Shown: one piece after another, positions 9,243 to 16,599 of the stretch
How the letters are laid out: each line of letters starts with the position of its first letter
Numbering within the stretch: position 1 is the stretch's first letter
Source of the DNA: Candidatus Saccharimonadota bacterium
Lineage (GTDB): Bacteria > Patescibacteriota > Saccharimonadia > Saccharimonadales > UBA4665
Assembly (NCBI GenBank): GCA_016700375.1
Contig: CP065016.1
Location: forward strand, 600,001 to 632,000
Reading direction: 5' to 3'
DNA: 32,000 nt
The notes under the pieces: generated by a model
Seen by the model: only the letters and a program-made list of their open reading frames with translations
Told to the model about the DNA's origin: nothing
Databases searched by the model: none
Position numbers and translations under genes: made by a program

Positions 9243-9788
9243 TTAGAATTTTTCAGGTATGCCCAGCGCATCAACAATGTTTTTATATACCTTAGTAGGA
9301 GTGCCGTCGGCATTGACATCGTGTACAACCACGCCACCCTCACGAAACTGCTGCAAAATAGGCTGGGTCTTGCTTGCGTACAACTTGTAGCGTTCGGTGA
9401 TGGCCTCGGGTGTGTCATCTGGGCGACCGCGGAGACCAAGGCGGCGGCGTGTCTCTTTTTCGCTCACGTCCATGTGGACTACCACTGGCTTCCCGAACCG
9501 ACCTTTTTTGACCTGTTTCATAAGCCACTCCACCTGAGTCGCCGTGCGGGGAAACCCATCGAGGATAAACTCGCCCGTTGTGTCGATGATGTCAAAAACC
9601 TTGTCTATCATATCTATGGTTTCATCATCGGTCATAAGCTTGCCTTCTAGCATTGCCGCCCGGCGGTGCCCAGTCAGGAACAATCGAAATATCTCACCAG
9701 TCGATATATAGGCATAGCCGTGTTCGTCGGCTAGTTTGTGCCCTTGCAAGCTTTTTCCAGCACCGGCTGGCCCCATCAGTAGTATCAT
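9243..9788 (-). CDS. adk: adenylate kinase (short-LID form)
   Basis: The P-loop ILLMGPAGAGKS, ISTGEIFR and ILDGFPRT are present. The start overlaps the yqeY-like stop codon in an ATGA arrangement. Confidence 0.93.
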   Translation of the reverse strand: MILLMGPAGAGKSLQGHKLADEHGYAYISTGEIFRLFLTGHRRAAMLEGKLMTDDETIDMIDKVFDIIDTTGEFILDGFPRTATQVEWLMKQVKKGRFGKPVVVHMDVSEKETRRRLGLRGRPDDTPEAITERYKLYASKTQPILQQFREGGVVVHDVNADGTPTKVYKNIVDALGIPEKF

Positions 9789-10234
9789 GATAGTTTCTCC
9801 TTAACTAGTTTCGCTATTAGACTGCCGTCGGCTGTATTGCCAACCTTTGATTTCACTTGGCCTATGACCTGCCCCATCTGTTGCAAGCCTGCTGGTTTCA
9901 CTTCATTTAGCACTTCGTCTATTATGGCCGCCAGTTCCGCCTCACTCAATTGCGCCGGAAGGTAGGCTTCTATGATGGCCTTTTCGGCAAGCTCTTTGTC
10001 GGCTTTTTCCTGAGCACCACCCTGTATATAAAGCTCCGCGCTTTCCTGGCGTTTTTTGGCTTCTTTGGAAAAAAGCGCAAGGATTTCATCGTCAGTCAGG
10101 CCTTCTTCACGCTTGCCAGCTGCCACTTCCGCATACAAAATGACGCTCTTGAGACCCCGCAGGGTTTCAAGGCGCAGCGAATCACCAGCCAACATGGCCG
10201 CCTTCACATCATCTTGTAATTTCTGCTTTATCAT
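9785..10234 (-). CDS. yqeY: GatB/YqeY-domain protein
   Basis: MIKQKLQDDVKAAMLAGDSLRLETLRGLKS...YLPAQLSEAEL is the typical YqeY pattern. AAGGGGAG lies upstream of the ATG at 10234. Confidence 0.85.
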   Translation of the reverse strand: MIKQKLQDDVKAAMLAGDSLRLETLRGLKSVILYAEVAAGKREEGLTDDEILALFSKEAKKRQESAELYIQGGAQEKADKELAEKAIIEAYLPAQLSEAELAAIIDEVLNEVKPAGLQQMGQVIGQVKSKVGNTADGSLIAKLVKEKLS

Positions 10235-10374
10235 ACCGACTCCCCTTCCCGCGTCGTAAACGTGAGTAGGCCAGTGCAGTTTGAGATGAAGCGGGAAGCC
10301 CGTAAGCGAGCCGTACTAAGGTACGGTGAGCGCGGACTGGAGCGGTTCGCTCAAAATGCGCGGCCTAGTCGCGT

Positions 10375-10590
10375 TTACTTTTGGCCAAGTTTAATCTTCT
10401 TTAGCTTCAGAGCCTTCCGCTCATTGCGGATGATTGCCTTCTTACGGCGATCGCGCTTGCTCAGTGGCTTCTCGAAGTATTGGCCTGATTTAACGGCGAT
10501 AACGAGCCCGGATTGCTGTACGCGGCGATTAAACCGTCGCACCAGGTTTTCGGCACTCTCTTTCCCGTCTTTTCGTGTCACTTCTATCAT
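10375..10590 (-). CDS. rpsU: 30S ribosomal protein S21
   Basis: MIEVTRKDGKESAENLVRRFNRRVQQSG...YFEKPLSKRDRRKKA; 71 aa and basic. Confidence 0.9.
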   Translation of the reverse strand: MIEVTRKDGKESAENLVRRFNRRVQQSGLVIAVKSGQYFEKPLSKRDRRKKAIIRNERKALKLKKIKLGQK

Positions 10591-10686
10591 AACCGTAGGA
10601 GTATAACAGGGATAGACACAAGAGACAAGAGATAAGAGATAAGAAAATCACGCGTCAACCGAAGTTCATTTAAAGTTAACCGCAAC

Positions 10687-10716
10687 TTGCAACTTCCGGT
10701 GAACTTATGCTACACT
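10687..10716 (+). promoter_or_regulatory. candidate promoter of the toxin-antitoxin pair
   Basis: TTGCAA (10687-10692), an 18-nt spacer, then TACACT (10711-10716), which ends 10 nt before the ATG at 10727. A direct repeat GCAACTT x2 overlaps the -35 and could be an autoregulation site. Confidence 0.35.
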
Positions 10717-10726
10717 ATTCTACAGT

Positions 10727-10981
10727 ATGGCAAGTATTATTATTTCTACTAAACAGTTGCGAACCGATATGCCACGAATACGAGCTGGGCTGGCACGCGG
10801 CAATTCATACACAGTAGTGTACCGCTCGCAGCCTATAGGGGAAATTACCCCGACAAAATCTGTTGACACCCACAAACCAACGCTTCCCGCTGGCGGGCGT
10901 TTTAACTTCACCAAACAGCTTGGGCGTGAACTTACGCCGGAATTATTCAATGAAATAGCCCTCACGAAATATGACAGCTGA
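10727..10981 (+). CDS. Phd/YefM-like type II antitoxin
   Basis: The N-terminus IISTKQLRTDMPRIRAGLARGNSYTVVYRSQPIGEITP fits the Phd/YefM pattern. The gene overlaps the downstream PIN gene by 11 bp. Confidence 0.7.
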   Translation: MASIIISTKQLRTDMPRIRAGLARGNSYTVVYRSQPIGEITPTKSVDTHKPTLPAGGRFNFTKQLGRELTPELFNEIALTKYDS

Positions 10982-11420
10982 GAAGAGCGTAGTTTTTCTC
11001 GATGCCAATGTCCTACTATATTATCTCGATGGCAGCAGTCCGCATCACGCGCACACAGAAAATACGCTGAGCCACTTCATAGAAATCGGGGCGGCGTTAT
11101 GCACGTCACACCATGCGCTTGAGGAGGTCTTACACGTCACGTTGCAGGTGTTTGGCGCAGAGGCAGTACCCGATGCGCTGGGTGACATTTCGAAAATACC
11201 AGGTCTATATCTCCTCGAACCAATTGCAGATTTTGCATTCGCACAGCGCTACACAAAACTTCTTGGGTCAGTAAATGTCGGGCTGAACGACTGCCTCATC
11301 CTTCAACTCATGCTTGACAATGGCATCCCCCACCTCTATACCTACGACGAGAAACTTGTCCGCGCCGCTACTGCACTCAACATCAGCAGCATTACAAATA
11401 ACATAAAATCACCCCCGTAA
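10971..11420 (+). CDS. vapC: PIN-domain ribonuclease toxin (VapC-like)
   Basis: The four conserved acidic positions are present: VVFLDANVL, HALEEV, LNDCLIL and YTYDEKL. The protein is 149 aa. Confidence 0.85.
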   Translation: MTAEKSVVFLDANVLLYYLDGSSPHHAHTENTLSHFIEIGAALCTSHHALEEVLHVTLQVFGAEAVPDALGDISKIPGLYLLEPIADFAFAQRYTKLLGSVNVGLNDCLILQLMLDNGIPHLYTYDEKLVRAATALNISSITNNIKSPP

Positions 11421-11515
11421 AAGGGTAGGGCTTTGCGCTTCTTATGCAACTGACCCTTGTAGGGGTGAGCGGGTGTCGTTTTTTGGTATACAAACAGCCC
11501 TGGTATACTTCGATT

Positions 11516-11869
11516 ATGTCGCTAAGCGCTGCACAACAAGCACTATTTTTCAAAGAAGCTCGTATTCAAGAATCAGTTTGGACTATAAAAGATGCCCGAG
11601 GCTTCCCTGCTCCGCTCGTAGGCGGAAAAACCCAACGTGTCATGCCTTTTTGGTCAACGCAATCCCGCGCTCAAAAAGTTATAGATACGGTAGAGGCGTA
11701 TCATGGCTTTACCCCGTTTGAAATTCCAATAGATAAATGGATCGAGGATTGGCTAGCAGGACTAGAGCTTGATAACACACTCGTCGGCCTAAACTGGTAT
11801 GGGCAACATGCGACAGGCTATGGCTTAACGCCCAATACGGTGAGAAATCGGTTAAAAGCAGCTAGCTGA
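11516..11869 (+). CDS. DUF2750-like protein
   Basis: The pattern ESVWTIKDARGF...VMPFWSTQSRAQKV...FEIPIDKWIEDWLAGLELDNTLVGLNW matches my recollection of the DUF2750 family. I chose the ATG at 11516 as the start because TGGTATACT lies 6 nt upstream of it. Confidence 0.6.
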   Translation: MSLSAAQQALFFKEARIQESVWTIKDARGFPAPLVGGKTQRVMPFWSTQSRAQKVIDTVEAYHGFTPFEIPIDKWIEDWLAGLELDNTLVGLNWYGQHATGYGLTPNTVRNRLKAAS

Positions 11870-12149
11870 CGTGGCGTTTTTGTTGGGTGCGCTGGCTTTT
11901 GAGGACAATGCTTTGGAGCTCTTTGAAGATGATGAACTGCTTGTTCGTGTGGTAGATTTTCGTGTTTCCCTGTTTTTCAGATATAAGAAAGCCAGCTTTC
12001 TCGAGGCGCTTCAGTTCGCGCTGGATGTTGCCAGCGTCTTCCTTGATAAGCTTGGCGAGGCCGCGAACATGTGTTTTAAAGTCTGGGTACTTGGCATAGA
12101 TAACAATAATCTTGCGGCGAACTCGGCTGGTGATGAAGACGTCTAGCAT
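11862..12149 (-). CDS. small winged-helix transcriptional regulator
   Basis: VRGLAKLIKEDAGNIQRELKRLEKAGFLISEKQGNTKIY reads as helix-turn-helix plus wing. The gene is lower in GC than its neighbours by eye and is convergent with, and overlaps, the DUF2750-like gene. Confidence 0.65.
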   Translation of the reverse strand: MLDVFITSRVRRKIIVIYAKYPDFKTHVRGLAKLIKEDAGNIQRELKRLEKAGFLISEKQGNTKIYHTNKQFIIFKELQSIVLKSQRTQQKRHVS

Positions 12150-12338
12150 ATTGTGTTGCCCTTACCTTTACATAAGCCTTTTATTGTCGTTACGACAACG
12201 TAGTACATCTATACTAACAACGTTTGAGTTGCATTTCAACATCATTTTTTGGTTTTTGTTGACGAACAAGTCATTTCCTGAGGGAAGCTCAGGAGAGTTC
12301 ATTCGTGTATAGGTGTGCAGTCATCTATAATCAGTAGT

Positions 12339-14300
12339 ATGTACTACTACGAGGTGCTCGTTGGCGACCTGCAATATCACGGTAAAAGTGCCCTGACATA
12401 TTCATCAGAGGCCTCACTACTGCCTGGTTCCGTTGTGAGAATTGCGCTGCGCAGTCGATGCGTGCTCGGTATTGTACTGCGCGAGGTGGCAGAACCTAGT
12501 TTTTCAGCAAAAAGCGTGTCGGCCGCGGCTCAAGCGCCGCCGCTACCCAGTGCCCTTCTGGGTCTGATTGATTGGCTCTACGAGTACTATCCAGCTCCTT
12601 TTGGCGGCGTGGTGCGACAGTTTCTGCCACCCTCGACCGCTTTTCCACGGAAAATCAGTAATAACCAATCATCAAATACCAATGACCAAACAAATTCAAA
12701 ATTCAAAATTCAAAATTCAAAAACCTTACCCGTGCTAACAGTCGAACAATCACGCGCCCTCGCTGACATACAACCACAGGGCTATCACCTCCTCCACGGC
12801 ATCACCGGCAGCGGCAAGACACGTCTGTATATTGAACTGACGCGGCAAACTCTGAAGGGCGGAAAATCGGCTATTATTCTCACGCCCGAAATAGGCCTCA
12901 CCGCGCAACTGACAGATAGTTTTACGGGTGTTTTTCCAGAACAGGTTTTTGTGCTGCATTCCCGGCTAACTGCGGCAGCGCGGCGAGACATATGGTACCA
13001 AATCATCTCAAGCAAACACCCGCTCATTGTCATCGGGCCGCGCTCTGCCCTGTTCGCGCCCGTGCAGCAGCTCGGGCTGATTGTCATAGACGAGTCTCAT
13101 GACCAAGCATACAAGAGCGATTCATCGCCTCGCTATCGCAGTGAACGAGTTGCCGCCAAGCTCGCCCAGCTACACGGAGCCCGTCTTGTCAGTGGCACTG
13201 CCACCCCAAGTGTTGAAGAACATCACCTGCTTGAGGCTCGAGACCGGCCCATCATACAGCTCGCGTCACGAGCGGTAGCCAGCGATACAGAGGCCAGCCT
13301 GCACATCATCGACCTGCGCGATAGAAGCCAGCTGAGTCGGAGTAGTGTCTTCACAACGCTGCTAGTAGAGGCCGTGCAGCTCGCCATGAGCAAGCACGAA
13401 CAAAGTTTACTGTTCCTCAACCGCCGAGGCACTGCAAGCGCCATACTCTGTAGTCAGTGCGGTTGGCAAGCCCTGTGTCCACACTGTGACCTCGCTATGA
13501 CCTACCACGGCGATACACATCTTATGCGTTGTCATGTGTGCGGCCGCACCCAGCCCCTACCCGGCAGCTGTCCAGACTGCTCGGAAACAGATATCATCCT
13601 CAAAACCATCGGCACAAAAGCCGTAGTAGAGGAAGTGAAGCGACTCTTCCCGCACGCCCGCGTCATGCGCTTCGACACCGACGCAACCAAAGCAGAACAG
13701 CTAGAAAACCACCTCGCCGCCCTCAAAGAAGGCAATGTCGATATCATCGTCGGTACCCAAATGATAACCAAGGGGCTCGACCTGCCAAACCTTTCTGTAG
13801 TTGGGATACTAAGTGCTGACAGCAGCCTGCTTATACCGGACTACACCGCCTCCGAACGTACCTTCCAGTTGCTTACGCAGGTAATCGGTCGCGTTGGACG
13901 CGGCCACCGTGCCGGCACGGTGTACATACAAACATACAACCCGTCGCATCCAACCATTCTTGCCGCTTTGCAGCGCGATTGGGCCGGTTTTTATGCCCGC
14001 GAGCTGTCAGAACGACACACTTTTCATTTCCCGCCCTTCACGTATCTTCTTAAACTCACCTGCCTGCGCGCTACCAGTTCCTCGGCAGAAAAAACAGCAA
14101 TGAAGTTAAAGGAACAGATTGATAATAGCCATCCCGGGTTAAACGTTGAAGGTCCGTCGCCTGCGTTTCATCCCCGTGAAAGCGGCAAATACAAATGGCA
14201 GCTCATAGTCAAAAGTGCCCAGCGCCAAGCGCTGGTCGACATTGCACAGGCTCTCCCAAGCGGCTGGACCCACGACCTCGACCCTATAAACCTTTTGTAG
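12339..14300 (+). CDS. priA: primosomal replication restart helicase PriA
   Basis: Walker A GITGSGKT, DExH-like VIDESHD, and the Cys4-Cys4 zinc module CSQCGWQALCPHCD...CHVCG...CPDC are present. I prefer the start ATG at 12339 (MYYYEVLV), which has TATAAT 7 nt upstream. The tracked GTG at 12315 remains possible. Confidence 0.9.
   Translation: MYYYEVLVGDLQYHGKSALTYSSEASLLPGSVVRIALRSRCVLGIVLREVAEPSFSAKSVSAAAQAPPLPSALLGLIDWLYEYYPAPFGGVVRQFLPPSTAFPRKISNNQSSNTNDQTNSKFKIQNSKTLPVLTVEQSRALADIQPQGYHLLHGITGSGKTRLYIELTRQTLKGGKSAIILTPEIGLTAQLTDSFTGVFPEQVFVLHSRLTAAARRDIWYQIISSKHPLIVIGPRSALFAPVQQLGLIVIDESHDQAYKSDSSPRYRSERVAAKLAQLHGARLVSGTATPSVEEHHLLEARDRPIIQLASRAVASDTEASLHIIDLRDRSQLSRSSVFTTLLVEAVQLAMSKHEQSLLFLNRRGTASAILCSQCGWQALCPHCDLAMTYHGDTHLMRCHVCGRTQPLPGSCPDCSETDIILKTIGTKAVVEEVKRLFPHARVMRFDTDATKAEQLENHLAALKEGNVDIIVGTQMITKGLDLPNLSVVGILSADSSLLIPDYTASERTFQLLTQVIGRVGRGHRAGTVYIQTYNPSHPTILAALQRDWAGFYARELSERHTFHFPPFTYLLKLTCLRATSSSAEKTAMKLKEQIDNSHPGLNVEGPSPAFHPRESGKYKWQLIVKSAQRQALVDIAQALPSGWTHDLDPINLL
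12692..12723 (+). repeat. heptanucleotide tandem repeat (AAAATTC)n inside priA
   Basis: AAATTC AAAATTC AAAATTC AAAATTC AAAAA. It encodes part of a low-complexity insert, NSKFKIQNSK. Confidence 0.85.
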
Positions 14301-14548
14301 CGGCGGACGGACAAGTAGACACGAGCTTCGCACTTTGAGCTCATGCGCATTTTCTCCTCGCAGCACGGAACGAACCGTACTAGGGTACGGTGAAGTGAGT
14401 ACTACAGAGAAAAAATGTGCAGGAGCCAAACCAGGGCCCCCAACGAATCGGAACGATTCTTTGGGGTGAAGAGAAGCCAGCGGAGTCAGATGCTCCGCAT
14501 CTGAGCAGGCTGGCTGGTGCGAAGCTCGTGTCTGTTATACTAGCCACA

Positions 14549-15121
14549 ATGAGTAAACAGCTAATCACCCTACCAAACCCACATCTGCGGCAGCGCAGTA
14601 AAAAAGTCGGCTTCATTGGCGACGAAGTCAAACAACTCATTGTCGACATGCAGGACGCCACGCTCAAGTGGGAAGACGGCCGTGACCATGAGGTTGGTGT
14701 GGCACTCGCCGCTGTTCAAATAGATGAACTCTGGCGCGTTGTTGTCATACGTAACAATTTCGAAGACAAAAGTGACCGAACATTTCGCGTTTTCATCAAC
14801 CCAGAGATTACAAAGTATGAGGGCGAGGTTGTTGCGGACTACGAAGGCTGCCTTAGTATAAAAAATGTATACGGTCTGGTCCCCCGGCACAGCAAGGTGC
14901 GCGTAAAAGCACTGAACGAGCATGGCAAGGAAATCCGCCTTACAGCCGAGGGCTTTCTGGCGCGCATTTTTCAGCACGAAATCGACCACACGAACGGCAT
15001 TGTCTTTATAGACCATATAAAAGATGATTCAGCTGCCTTCTTTACCCTAACGGAGTCTGGCAAACTGGAGCCAAAAGACTATGAACAAGACATCGAACAC
15101 AACGCCGAACTCTGGGATTAG
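14549..15121 (+). CDS. def: peptide deformylase
   Basis: The three deformylase motifs are GVALAAVQI, EGCLS and QHEIDH. The start ATG at 14549 (MSKQLITLPNP) has TGTTATACT 7 nt upstream. Confidence 0.93.
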   Translation: MSKQLITLPNPHLRQRSKKVGFIGDEVKQLIVDMQDATLKWEDGRDHEVGVALAAVQIDELWRVVVIRNNFEDKSDRTFRVFINPEITKYEGEVVADYEGCLSIKNVYGLVPRHSKVRVKALNEHGKEIRLTAEGFLARIFQHEIDHTNGIVFIDHIKDDSAAFFTLTESGKLEPKDYEQDIEHNAELWD

Positions 15122-16106
15122 CCCCAAGCAAAAGCGTGAAAGGTCGGAGCTTTCACGCAGCACAGATGGTGATATTAGCGTGGTGTTCTTTGGTACGGGG
15201 CCAGTTGCAGCAGAGTCACTGCGGCTGCTTGCGACGGATTTCAGTATTGAGGCAGTAATCACGAAACCAAAGCCGCAGCACCATAAAGGCGACTTCCCCG
15301 TCTTGGATGTAGCAAAGCAGCTTGCGCTACCAGTCATCCCTGTAACCAACGCAGCCGAAGTATCTGAAAAAGTTTTAGGGCAATCATTTCATAGTCGACT
15401 TGCGGTACTGATAGACTTTGGCATAATCGTACGGCAAGACGTAATACACAGCTTCCCGCTTGGCATACTCAACAGTCATTTTAGTTTGCTGCCGCAGTGG
15501 CGGGGCGCAGACCCCATTACGTTTTCTATAGTAAGCGGCCAGAAGCAAACTGGGGTGAGCCTAATGAAGGTTGTCGAAAAACTAGACGAAGGCGATATAG
15601 TAGCGTTTGGACTGTACGACATGGACGGCACCGAAACAAACCATTCACTTACACACGATTTGGTCAACCTGAGCGCCGGGCTGCTCCGAGATACGCTGCC
15701 GCGCTACATGGAAAATCCGCGGGCAATTTCACAGGATAACGTGGCAGATATAGTCCCAGAAGTCGACTATCCGCGCGAGGTTTCGTACTCGCGCAAACTT
15801 ACCAAGAAAGACGGCATAATTGACCTCACAAAGTCGGCCGCACAGCTCGAGCGAGAGGTGCGCGCCTACTCGGGCTGGCCAGGCAGCCGTACCGTCATTG
15901 CAAACAAAGATGTCGTCATAACTGCCGCACATGTTGCCGATAACACTTTACATAATGTAGATAAAAAAACAATATTCATTGCCAACAAACAACTCTGTCT
16001 CCAGACTGCCGACGGCATCCTCGTCATAGACAGCCTCAAACCCGCCGGCAAACCCGCCATGCCCGCAAGCGCATTTTTAGCCGGATACAAACAATTCCTT
16101 GACTAA
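15081..16106 (+). CDS. fmt: methionyl-tRNA formyltransferase
   Basis: VVFFGTGPVA, HFSLLPQWRGADPI and a C-terminal formyltransferase domain are present. The start is uncertain. ATG 15081 overlaps def by 41 bp and adds about 30 non-conserved residues. GTG 15180 would give a canonical N-terminus. Confidence 0.88.
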   Translation: MNKTSNTTPNSGISPKQKRERSELSRSTDGDISVVFFGTGPVAAESLRLLATDFSIEAVITKPKPQHHKGDFPVLDVAKQLALPVIPVTNAAEVSEKVLGQSFHSRLAVLIDFGIIVRQDVIHSFPLGILNSHFSLLPQWRGADPITFSIVSGQKQTGVSLMKVVEKLDEGDIVAFGLYDMDGTETNHSLTHDLVNLSAGLLRDTLPRYMENPRAISQDNVADIVPEVDYPREVSYSRKLTKKDGIIDLTKSAAQLEREVRAYSGWPGSRTVIANKDVVITAAHVADNTLHNVDKKTIFIANKQLCLQTADGILVIDSLKPAGKPAMPASAFLAGYKQFLD

Positions 16107-16483
16107 AATTTTGGAATAAGCGTTATATAATCCGGGTTTTCAATTCGGTTTATGTAAATGTCAAACCCTTTACAGCCTAAAGGTACATTCGCATATTTTC
16201 CTTCTGAAGCAGTTACTTCACCTATCTCAATTTTCGGCACATATTTTTCAAGGTAAAAAGTGGCTAAGAAGATTGCGTCCCTGGGAGCTTTCATAAATGT
16301 AGAGTGGATTTCAATAGTAACATCGCCCAAATGATCTGGGGTAGTAGCGACAACTATACATCCTTTATTTATTACATACTTTTCACCGCCTTCAAACTGG
16401 GGATAGTCTTTCCGACCTGGAATTTGGATGAATATCTGAGAGTAGTACGGAGTCAATATTATCTTCTTAAGAATGTCTTGCAC
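16103..16483 (-). CDS. hypothetical protein (AT-rich orphan, beta-rich)
   Basis: This is a 126-aa ORF with a GTG start and markedly lower GC than the flanking genes by eye. Its stop codon overlaps the fmt stop codon (CTAA). I do not confidently recognise a family, though it faintly resembles small ComJ-like or immunity-type proteins. Confidence 0.55.
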   Translation of the reverse strand: MQDILKKIILTPYYSQIFIQIPGRKDYPQFEGGEKYVINKGCIVVATTPDHLGDVTIEIHSTFMKAPRDAIFLATFYLEKYVPKIEIGEVTASEGKYANVPLGCKGFDIYINRIENPDYITLIPKF

Positions 16484-16515
16484 AACTTGCTCACTTTACA
16501 AATTATAGGTGAAAA

Positions 16516-16592
16516 TGGTGGAGAAGAAGGGAGTCGAACCCTCGACCTCAGCAATGCGAATGCTGCGCTCTAGCCAACTGAGCTACTTCCCC
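16516..16592 (-). tRNA. tRNA-Ala (anticodon CGC), CCA encoded
   Basis: The minus strand reads GGGGAAGTAGCTCAGTTGGCTAGAGCGCAGCATTCGCATTGCTGAGGTCGAGGGTTCGACTCCCTTCTTCTCCACCA. It folds as a cloverleaf with a G3:U70 pair in the acceptor stem, an anticodon loop TTCGCAT, and a T-loop GGTTCGA. Confidence 0.95.
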
Positions 16593-16599
16593 ATTTATG

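Noticed and set aside
10262-10606. 114-aa plus-strand ORF spanning the yqeY-rpsU spacer and running antisense to rpsU. A similar ORF lies at 14139-14429 on the minus strand.
   Set aside because: It overlaps a conserved ribosomal protein gene on the opposite strand, and its 5' part coincides with the hairpin motif. There are no coding features.
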